NCBI GenBank assembly: GCA_013314775.1
Contig: JABUFB010000008.1
Span: forward strand, 725,036-789,035
DNA from: Armatimonadota bacterium
Lineage (GTDB): Bacteria > Armatimonadota > Zipacnadia > Zipacnadales > JABUFB01
Direction: 5' to 3'
DNA length: 64,000 bases
The translations under genes and the position numbers were made by a program. Each line of letters begins with the position of its first letter. The first letter of the stretch is position 1. Below are positions 8,733 through 17,400 of the stretch, piece after piece. The notes under the pieces are model-generated. The model was not told where the DNA came from. It was given only the letters and a program-made list of their open reading frames with translations, and searched no databases.

Positions 8733-10285
8733 GACACAGGTTCATCGGCCATCGCTGCCCGCGCCTCGTCGCGCAATTCGCGCTTGAGGATCTTCCCCGT
8801 CGCCGACTTGGGCAGTTCTGGTCGGAACTCCACGAACCTGGGCACCTTGTAATTGGCCAGGTGAGACTTGCAGTGCTCAATGATCTGAGTCGCGTCAAGC
8901 TGCGTGCCCTCTTTGAGGGACACGTAAGCTTTGACGTCCTCTCCGCGAAGTCTGTTCGGGATGCCCACCACCGCGGCCTCGGCCACGGCTTCCAGGCGGT
9001 ATAGGACATCTTCGACCTCGCGGGAATACACGTTCATGCCACCGACGATGATCATATCCTTCTTGCGATCCACGATTCGCAGGTAACCATCAGCATCCAC
9101 CGTGGCCACGTCGCCGGTGAGCAGCCATCCGTCGCGGATTGTTTCCGCAGTGCGCTCCGGGTCGCGCCAGTAGCCCTTCATCACGTTGCGCCCGCGCACG
9201 CACAGTTCGCCGGGCACCCCCACCGGGGCGATGTTGAAGTCGTCGTCCCGGATGGTGACCTCGATTTCCGGCAGTGGTGGCCCGATGGTGCCGATCCTGC
9301 GCGTCCCATCAGTGCGGTTCACGCTGACCACCGGGGAGGCTTCGGTGGGGCCGTAGCCCTCTATCATATATACTCCGAAGCGCCGCTCGAATCCCTTGAG
9401 CACCTCATCGGGCATTGCCGCGCCGCCGGAGACGCCGATGCGCAGACAGGAGAGGTCGAAGTCGCGGTCGGTCTTCATCCCCAGCATCACCGCGTACATG
9501 CTGGGAACTCCCGCGAACACGGTGCAGCGGCGGCTTTCGAGAGTCTCAAGTACTGACAGCGGCGCGAATTTCGGGATCAAGACCGTATGTGCGCCGAGGC
9601 TCAACGGCAGAACCATGCAGACTGTCGCGCCGAAGGAGTGGAACAACGGCAGGACAGTGCCGAACACATCATTCTCGTTCACATCAATGGCCACGGCGCA
9701 TGAGGCTGCGTCGAACACAAGGTTGTCGTGGGTGAGCATGGCGCCTTTGGGCTGGCCCGTGGTTCCGGATGTGTAGATGAGAACCGCCACATCATCCGGA
9801 CGCGCATCATGGACCGGCGGCGCGCTCTGGGGTGGCTTGAGAAGGCCCTCGAAGCTAACCACGTCGTCGAGCCGGCTCGGGCCGCTGATGATGAGCCGTT
9901 TGAGACAGGACACATTCGTGCGGATCGCAGCCATCACCGGCTCCAGCAGGTTCAGACCGATGAGGGTCTCCGCCTCCGCGTTCGCCACGATGTAGGCCAA
10001 CTCTTCAGGCCCCTGGAGACAGTGGAGCGGAACGACAGTCGCCCCAAGCTGCAGGGCGGCGAAGTATGAAATGATGAATTGGGGACAGTTGGGGAACAGA
10101 ATAGCAACGCGCTGATCCGGCCCGACCCCCAGCTCTGCGAGAGATGCCGCGCACGCTCCGACTGCCCGGGAGAGATCAGCATAGGTGAGTGTCTTGTCCT
10201 CGAAACTGACCGCAGGACGTTCAGGGAACCGCGCCGCAGCGGACAGGAAGGTGGCAGTCAAGCTGGCAGGTGGGCATAGGGACAT
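8729..10285 (-). CDS. AMP-dependent synthetase/ligase (long-chain fatty-acid--CoA ligase family).
   Basis: It carries the AMP-binding signatures YTSGTTGQPKGAMLTHDNL, GYGPTE and a conserved C-terminal K(SATGKILKREL). The start is set at the Met (MSLCPPASL, 10285) just before the acyl-activating core. Confidence 0.8.
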   Translation of the reverse strand: MSLCPPASLTATFLSAAARFPERPAVSFEDKTLTYADLSRAVGACAASLAELGVGPDQRVAILFPNCPQFIISYFAALQLGATVVPLHCLQGPEELAYIVANAEAETLIGLNLLEPVMAAIRTNVSCLKRLIISGPSRLDDVVSFEGLLKPPQSAPPVHDARPDDVAVLIYTSGTTGQPKGAMLTHDNLVFDAASCAVAIDVNENDVFGTVLPLFHSFGATVCMVLPLSLGAHTVLIPKFAPLSVLETLESRRCTVFAGVPSMYAVMLGMKTDRDFDLSCLRIGVSGGAAMPDEVLKGFERRFGVYMIEGYGPTEASPVVSVNRTDGTRRIGTIGPPLPEIEVTIRDDDFNIAPVGVPGELCVRGRNVMKGYWRDPERTAETIRDGWLLTGDVATVDADGYLRIVDRKKDMIIVGGMNVYSREVEDVLYRLEAVAEAAVVGIPNRLRGEDVKAYVSLKEGTQLDATQIIEHCKSHLANYKVPRFVEFRPELPKSATGKILKRELRDEARAAMADEPVS

Positions 10286-10705
10286 AGCGCAACCTCGGAC
10301 GCAGGCCCCGCGGGGAAACGCGCCGGACAGCCTGCTCGGTTGGAGCACGGCGGAAGCGTGTTGGCGGACAGGATACACCCTGACTCCGAGCCCGTCAAGG
10401 AAGCGCGGCCGTTGGGCAGGACCGTCGGTTTTGCGGAATGCGTGCCGGCCTCGTACGTGGCCAGCGTTCGCTGCCTGCGGTGTTGGGGCCGTGCCGTGTG
10501 CTATCAGGCTCCGTCAGGAGCTGTCCGCCTGTAGCCCCCGTCGGAAAGGAATCCGGGGGCTTCCGCTCCCGTCTACAGGCTGCCGCCCGCGCCGCGGGCT
10601 GTGGGGCAAGGGCTCACGGCGAACGGCGCCCTGAACGGGTATCCGGCCCCAGCCGGCACACATCCAGCAGAATCGATGCTCGTGAAGCGCCTTCGGCCTG
10701 GCTCT

Positions 10706-11461
10706 TCAGCCCATGTGCGCCCCACCATTGATGTCCAAGATGTTCCCGGTCATATGGGTGCAAAGGTCAGATGCGAGATAGACGCAGGCGCGCCCGATGT
10801 CCTCCACAGTGCCCAATCCCAGCGGAATCTCCGAAGACAACTGGGCGATGCGCTTGTCCCCCACTGTCTCATGCAACAACTCCGTCTCCACGATCCCCGG
10901 CGCAACCGCGTTGACGATAATCCCGTACTTTGCCACGTCCCGGGCCAGGGTCATGGTGAAAGCATTGATCCCTCCCTTGCTCGCGGCATAGTGGACGTGG
11001 CCGTATAATGCGCCTCGCCGGGACACAATGGAAGTCATGTTGATGATGCGCCCGCCGCCAAGGTCACGCATGATCGGCACCGCGGCCCGGCAGCACAGGA
11101 AAGTGGATTTCAGGTTTGTGTCGATGATGAAGTCCCAGTCTTCTTCAGTCATCTCCAGAATCGTCTTCGGCTGGGATGTACCCGCATTATTGACCAGCAC
11201 GTCGAGGGAGCCATATTCGGAGCAGACGGCGTCGAACAGACGGGACACATCATCGGCACGGGAGACGTCGGCCTGGAGGACGAGACATGACACCCCGAAC
11301 TCCCGGACCTGGCTTGCGACCGATTCTGCCTGTTCCGCCGAACTGCGGTGGCAGATGGCGATCGAAGCTCCCTCGCGGGCCATCTCCACGGCGATTCCGC
11401 GGCCAATTCCCCGTGACGCGCCGGTGATCAGCGCCACTTTGTCTTTGAGAAGCATGATCAT
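10706..11461 (-). CDS. SDR family oxidoreductase (3-oxoacyl-ACP reductase FabG-like).
   Basis: It has TGASRGIGRGIA (the Rossmann TGxxxGIG motif), an NNAG motif and a YAASK catalytic motif. Its ATG overlaps the upstream stop at 11458-11461. Confidence 0.85.
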   Translation of the reverse strand: MIMLLKDKVALITGASRGIGRGIAVEMAREGASIAICHRSSAEQAESVASQVREFGVSCLVLQADVSRADDVSRLFDAVCSEYGSLDVLVNNAGTSQPKTILEMTEEDWDFIIDTNLKSTFLCCRAAVPIMRDLGGGRIINMTSIVSRRGALYGHVHYAASKGGINAFTMTLARDVAKYGIIVNAVAPGIVETELLHETVGDKRIAQLSSEIPLGLGTVEDIGRACVYLASDLCTHMTGNILDINGGAHMG

Positions 11462-13482
11462 CTCCTGCCCTTCCGATAGACGAGAACTGCGATAGACTGC
11501 GGGGGTAGGGAGTTGCCCGGTTCGAACCCTGAGAAAGGCGTGGCACCCTCCTCAAACACCCAGCCTTCATGGACTCTGGGCGCGAATTGTACCGGCTCCC
11601 CCGTGTCGTTCCAGCCCACGACCGCCAGGCCGTCGGTGCTCTCGAACCCCTTCACACGGAGGAGGTCGGTGCCCGGCTCGCAGCTGTCCTGGTCGGTGAA
11701 GCGCCCGTTCATGAGAAGCTCGGGCCAGCGCTCCCGCAGGGCAATAAGACGCCGCATATACTCGCCGTAGGCGGGGGCATCGCGCAGGTCTCCACGGCAG
11801 CGCCAGATCTCCACATCGAAGATCCAGCCATGGGTAAATGCCCAGTGCATCCGGCGCTCGTGATCGCGCTCGTCGCGGATCTCACGGGTGCTCAGGATGA
11901 TCTCGGGGAAGGTGTAAAGGAACAGCTCCGGCAGCGCCTGCGGCCCTGGAGACATGCCGTAAGTGCAAGTGTGAACGTAGTCCGCGTGGCGCACCAGGCA
12001 GTCGGAGACCAGTTCAGTCCCGAAGGCCAGGCCGGGCCGCGGATCGACCACCCGCCGGCGCATCTCCTTCATGTTCCGGTCCTTGCCCGGCCCTTGGGCA
12101 AATGCCGGGCCCGGATGCGGGTGGGATTTGTCGAAACACAGGTACGGGACATGTCCGCCCATCTGATCGAAGAAGATGGAATCCGCGCCCAGGTCGGCCA
12201 TGCGCAGACCGATCTCGATGAGCTTCTCGCGCCACTCATCCGTTGACTGGCACGCGGCCGCGAACGACTTGGCGCCGAAGTTCCGCAGATAGGTCCCGTC
12301 GCCCGAGAACTTGTAGTGCTCCCGGTACTCGCTTCCCTGGGAAGTCTTCAGCGAAATGCGCTGCCCCACGCTCTTGTAGAAGTCCGTGTCCACGTCGATG
12401 ATGTGTCCGTTGGCGTAGAGCAAGATCCGGCCGCCGCGTCTGCGCACCTCGGCGATGGCGTCGCGCAGGGCTTGTTCGCCCCCTAGCTCCTCGTCGGCGA
12501 GGTACTCCGGGTAACCGTTGTCATGTCCGCCCCGGAACCAGCCGAAGACCAGCAGAGCGTCGATTCCATACTTCCGCCCTGCTTCGAAGCAGTCAACGAG
12601 GTCCGCGTACCGATAGAAAATCTCGCCATACTGGTGCTTCATGATGATCCGTTGCCAGCCGTGCATGCGGTTGACCCAGTCCGGCCGGGCGGGCTGCGAC
12701 CACCAGACCTTGTCCACCCAGGAACGGTAGAAACGGGCGTCCGTGTGCCAGTCGCCGCGATGCAGGCGGACTACGGAGAGCGGAGCATCCCAGCGCCCGG
12801 ATTCGGTAAAGGGGTATCGTGCGATTCCGGCGGACATCTTGCCGGTGGGGGTGTCCAGCACCTGCAGGAGACCCGTCGTCTGGAACGACGCGTCCAGTGA
12901 GAAGATGGACATCGATGCCCGCTGACCGTAAATGCCGAACCAGGGCATGCTCATGGGCCCGCCCGGATAGAAGCCGCAGTCAAGGATGTGAACCTGATCG
13001 GGGGCCATGTATCCGGTATGCAGGGAAGCCAGGTGCGCCTTCGGGTTGGGTATCCGCCTGCCGAAACCTTCCGGGCGAATGAGAAGATCGCGGGACGGGT
13101 CATCAGACAGGCCTGTGAACAGCCCGATGAGCGGGAACCAGAACTCCTCCACCGTGATGCTGCCGGGGTTGTCCAGCGAGGCGCGGCATTCCAGGCAGTC
13201 GCCGATGATGCGGAACGTCAGCTGAACCGCGAGGGGTACGGGTGCGCCGCCCAGCGAAACGCCATCGTAGACGGCGGCGAGCATATCTTCTTGCTTCTCA
13301 ACGCGCGCGGCAAGAATCGGGTAATCTGCGGCCGCTTCGTGCCGGTTGCCCTTGCCCGCGATGATGCGGAACAGGCCGCGGTCGCCGCTAATCAGCGCCT
13401 CCTCGCCGGGGAATCCGAGTTCGAAACGGGCCCCGTCTTCGCTGACCGCGAACCGGATGTGGCTACTTTGTATCTCGAGCAT
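11458..13482 (-). CDS. Putative glycoside hydrolase-like TIM-barrel protein (uncharacterized GHL/DUF-type family).
   Basis: It is about 670 aa. The middle region (DALLVFGWFRGGHDNGYPEY...ILLYANGHIID...FFDQMGG) resembles glycoside-hydrolase-like (GHL) TIM-barrel domains. It is co-transcribed with the SDR. The start is set at MLEIQS (13482). Confidence 0.45.
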   Translation of the reverse strand: MLEIQSSHIRFAVSEDGARFELGFPGEEALISGDRGLFRIIAGKGNRHEAAADYPILAARVEKQEDMLAAVYDGVSLGGAPVPLAVQLTFRIIGDCLECRASLDNPGSITVEEFWFPLIGLFTGLSDDPSRDLLIRPEGFGRRIPNPKAHLASLHTGYMAPDQVHILDCGFYPGGPMSMPWFGIYGQRASMSIFSLDASFQTTGLLQVLDTPTGKMSAGIARYPFTESGRWDAPLSVVRLHRGDWHTDARFYRSWVDKVWWSQPARPDWVNRMHGWQRIIMKHQYGEIFYRYADLVDCFEAGRKYGIDALLVFGWFRGGHDNGYPEYLADEELGGEQALRDAIAEVRRRGGRILLYANGHIIDVDTDFYKSVGQRISLKTSQGSEYREHYKFSGDGTYLRNFGAKSFAAACQSTDEWREKLIEIGLRMADLGADSIFFDQMGGHVPYLCFDKSHPHPGPAFAQGPGKDRNMKEMRRRVVDPRPGLAFGTELVSDCLVRHADYVHTCTYGMSPGPQALPELFLYTFPEIILSTREIRDERDHERRMHWAFTHGWIFDVEIWRCRGDLRDAPAYGEYMRRLIALRERWPELLMNGRFTDQDSCEPGTDLLRVKGFESTDGLAVVGWNDTGEPVQFAPRVHEGWVFEEGATPFSGFEPGNSLPPQSIAVLVYRKGRR

Positions 13483-13562
13483 CGTCCAATCACCTCGCCG
13501 GGTAGGTTCGTCCCCGGGGGAAGGCAATCCTGCGCGCAAGGCGAAATGACGGATGCAAACCG

Positions 13563-14381
13563 ATGCTGCGAACCTGCGCCGCGCACCGAAAGGGGATCAG
13601 GCCCTTGTCTGACCAACCCACTCTCCGAGAGCGCATTCTGAGTGGCCCCACACTCTACGGGCCATCATTGACGTCTGCATCGCCGGCCGCCGTGGAGATA
13701 GCGGCGCTGGCGGGTTGCGATTTCGTCTGGCTTGAGGTGGAACACTCTTCGCTGGACGTCATGCAGCTGGAGCACCTGTGCCGGGCGGCCGAACTCCACG
13801 GAATCCTTTCACTGGCCCGCACGGCGGACCCCAGCCGCCCCTGGATTCTTCGCCCCCTGGAGGCAGGGGCGAAGATCGTCCTCGTGCCCCAGGTCCATAC
13901 GGTTGAGCAGGCAGCGGCGGTGGCTGAGTGGGCCAAGTTCCCACCTCTGGGCAAGCGCGGGTACAATACGGGCAGTCGCGGCCTGGGTTACGGCGCCATG
14001 GCGACCACTCCCAATGAGATCCTGGACAAGGCCAATCGTGAGACGGTGTTGCTGGTCCAGATCGAGTCCCAGGAGGCACTGGACAACGTGGAGGGCATCG
14101 CGGCGATTGAAGGAGTGGATGGGCTGTTCTACGGGCCGGGTGACATGTCGCTGGACAAGGGCATTCCCTCAGACTGGGACAATGAAGAGCTTCTCGCGGC
14201 TGGAGAACACATCATCCGGACCGCCCGAGCCAACAGGAAGATATCCTCGAGCACCTGCCCCACCATGAACATGGCTGCCCGATGGAAGCAGGCAGGCGCG
14301 AACATGCTGGTCGTAGGTGGCGAACTGGGCCTGCTGCGGAAGGCTTTCATGGATCGCGTGGCCGAAGTCCGCGCACTGTAG
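13563..14381 (+). CDS. HpcH/HpaI family aldolase (2-keto-3-deoxy sugar-acid aldolase-like).
   Basis: LYGPSL...VWLEVEH...IVLVPQV...VQIESQEALDNVEGIA...LFYGPGDMS matches the HpcH/HpaI/citrate-lyase-beta fold signature. Confidence 0.75.
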   Translation: MLRTCAAHRKGIRPLSDQPTLRERILSGPTLYGPSLTSASPAAVEIAALAGCDFVWLEVEHSSLDVMQLEHLCRAAELHGILSLARTADPSRPWILRPLEAGAKIVLVPQVHTVEQAAAVAEWAKFPPLGKRGYNTGSRGLGYGAMATTPNEILDKANRETVLLVQIESQEALDNVEGIAAIEGVDGLFYGPGDMSLDKGIPSDWDNEELLAAGEHIIRTARANRKISSSTCPTMNMAARWKQAGANMLVVGGELGLLRKAFMDRVAEVRAL

Positions 14382-14402
14382 GCTGCTCGACACGGACGAG
14401 AG

Positions 14403-14432
14403 AGCCCGCCTTCCCAGACCGAAGGCGGGCTC
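14403..14432. terminator. Bidirectional terminator hairpin between convergent genes.
   Basis: GAGCCCGCCTTC-ccagacc-GAAGGCGGGCTC is a perfect 12-bp stem between the aldolase (+) and the Wza-like gene (-). Confidence 0.45.
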
Positions 14433-14460
14433 CTATGTGTGTCCGATCGGGTTGAATGCG

Positions 14461-17400
14461 TCAGTCGAACAGGCTGACGATTGCGCTGACGACCCAGAAC
14501 GAGTCACGGAGGGTGCGCCAGAGGTCTCCACGTGCCGGTGCGCGCGGCGGGACATAGAAAATGTCGCCGGGCTTCACCTTGACCGGGTCCGGCACCTTCC
14601 CCTGCCGCAGTTTGGCGAGGTTGATCTCGGTGTGTTCCGTGGTCCCGTCGGGACGCTTCCGGATCATGATCACGCGCTGTTGAGCGCCCGGCGCGAGGGC
14701 AGCGCGGCTGACAATGTCCATGATGCCCCATTCCGGGTCCAGCGGATACGGCCCCGGACGCCCCACGGCGCCCAGCACGTAGATCTCGTCCATTGCCGGC
14801 ACAACCACCACATCGCCGGGCTGCAGGTCCATGGTCTGATCCAGCGCACCCTCGTCCTGCAGGAGCCTCAGGTCCCTGTAGATCGGCTCCTGATCCGGGC
14901 GGTACACGGTCACGCGGGTCAGATCGGCAGTGGCGAGGGGCTGCATGAGCGTGACCACTCGCAGCAGGTCGCGGTTGGCCTTCTCGCGGATATTCACGGC
15001 GCCATTGCGCTGCAGGGCACCGAGGACCATGATGTTATTGACATCGTCCGTCGGCACATAAACCAGATCGCCGGGCTGGAGTTCGAGGTTCTGGGTCATG
15101 TCGCCCTCTTCGACAAGGGCGCGGTAATTGCGGACGATGGCTTCCCCGTCACGATAGATGGTTACGCGGTCCAGGCCGCCTTCGGGATTGGGTGAGGCCA
15201 GAGGCAGCAAGCGTACCAGGTCGCGCTCCTTCGCTCCGTGGATGCTGATCGCGCCGGGCCTCGCCACCTCGCCCGCGAACACCACCGTTTCGGTCGCCAT
15301 GGGCACGTGTACGATATCCCCCGGCTCGAGCATCATGTTCTGCGACGTGTCGCCCTCTTCCTCGAGCCGCGTGAGGTCGCGGACGATTCTCTCGCCCTTG
15401 CGGTAGACGCTGACCCGCGACAGATCGGCGGTGGGCCGATTCGGCCCCGCGAAGGTGACCGTAGCGAACAGGTCATTGCTGCGCCCGACTTCCTGGGGCA
15501 CAACGCCGGAGCGCATGACCTGGCCGGTGATGATGATGCTCCCCGTGCCAAGCTGGGGCACGAGCACCCGGTCGCCGTCTTCGAGAAGCAGTGTCTGGCT
15601 GGTGTCGCCCTGGTCGAAGTAAGCGCGCAGGTTTCGCACGATCACCTCATCGCCCCGATGGACGGTGACATTGGTCAGATCGGCCATGGGGTCCCAGCCC
15701 GCAGCGGTCACTACCCGGGCGAGATCGCGCTGCTCTTCGGTCACCAATTCGATGGTCCCGCGACGCTGGACGGCGCCGGTGATGAGGACGCTCACGGTGT
15801 CCAGGCCCGGGACGAGAATGCGGTCGCCGGGCAGGACCTCGGCATCCACCGGCACCGGCACACCTTCCTCCACTAGACCCTTCAGGTTGTACACGAACTG
15901 CTCGTCACCCCGGAACACTGTGACTCGCTTCAGGTCCGCATTGGGCAGCGGGCCGGATGCCAGCAAGGTATCCACCAGCCTGCGGTTCTCGGGGTCGGAG
16001 ACCCGCACCTGCCCCGCTCGTTGGACCGCGCCAGTGATGAGCGCCGTCCCGCGGTCGATGGGGATGACCACGAGGTCGCCGTCTTCCAGCTGGAGGGTCT
16101 GCGAGGTGTCGCCCTCGTACAGGTACGCCTGAACGTCGCGGGTGATCTTCTCACCGCCGCGATGCACCGTCACCCGGCGCAGGTCGGCGAAAGGAGCCGG
16201 TCCGGATGCGGCGATGAGCCGGGCAAGGTCCCGGGTATCCTCGTCGCCAAGGGCAAGGACGCCGGTGCGTCCTGCGGCGCCGGCCAGGAGAATACTGTCC
16301 TCGTATGCCGGGACCTTGATGATATCGCCGTCCTCCAGCAGGAAGCTCTGGGACAGGTCGCCGGTCTCGTATAGTTTTTTCAGGTCACGCTTGATCTGCT
16401 GTTCGCCCCGGAAGATAGTGACCCTGGACAGATCGGCGTTGGGCATCGGCCCGGCGAGAGTGACCACGCGCAGGAGATCGCGCTGTTTGTCATCGAAGAG
16501 CTGGATGCTGCCGGATCGGGCGACCGCGCCCATGACAAGGACGGTATGCTCAACGCGCGGCACCACCACCACGTCGCCATCCTCAAGCTGCAGTGAGTAG
16601 GCTTCCAGCCCGGTTTCGATGAAGGCCTTGATGTCGCGCTCCGTGGTATTGCCGCCGCGATGGACCTTGACGCGGGTGAGGTCGGCGTTGGGCAGCGGCC
16701 CGGCAAGGGTAACCAGGCGGGCCAGGTCACTCCGCGGGTCATCCGCAACGGTGAGCAGCCCCGCCTGGGCCACCGCACCGGTGATCAGAATATTGCGCAG
16801 CTCGCGGGCGGGGACCGTGATGATGTCTCCGGGCTCGACATACATGGACTGGGTGCGGTCGCCGTCTTGGATCATCGCCAGCAGGTTGCGGACGATCTTG
16901 TTCTGCCCGCGGTGGACGGTAACGTGTTCGAGATCGGCCTGGGGCAGAGGTCCGGCGGCCAAGATCAGGCTCGCGAGGTCGCGGTCAAGCGTTGGCACAA
17001 GCCTCAGCACTCCGCCTCGGCTCAGCGCACCAGTGAGCATGATGCTGTCTTCGACCACGGGGACGCGGATCATGTCCCCGTCTTCCAGGGCGAGAGTGGC
17101 CTGGCGATTGCCTTCCTCGATGTACGGTTTCACATTGACCAGAATCTGTTTGCCACCACGGCTAACCATGACCCGGGTCAAGTCGGCATAGGGCAGCGGA
17201 CCAGACATGAGGATCAGGCGGCCAAGATCGCGCCAGTCATCATCCACGAGGCGCACGATCCCGCCGCGCTCTACGGCGCCTGACAGAACCACGTTCTCGT
17301 CGATCTCCGGCACAACAATGACATCCCCGTCTTCCACAGGGATGCTGTTTTCCATGCGGCCTTCGTCCACCGCGGCCTGCAGATCGCGGATGATGGTCTC

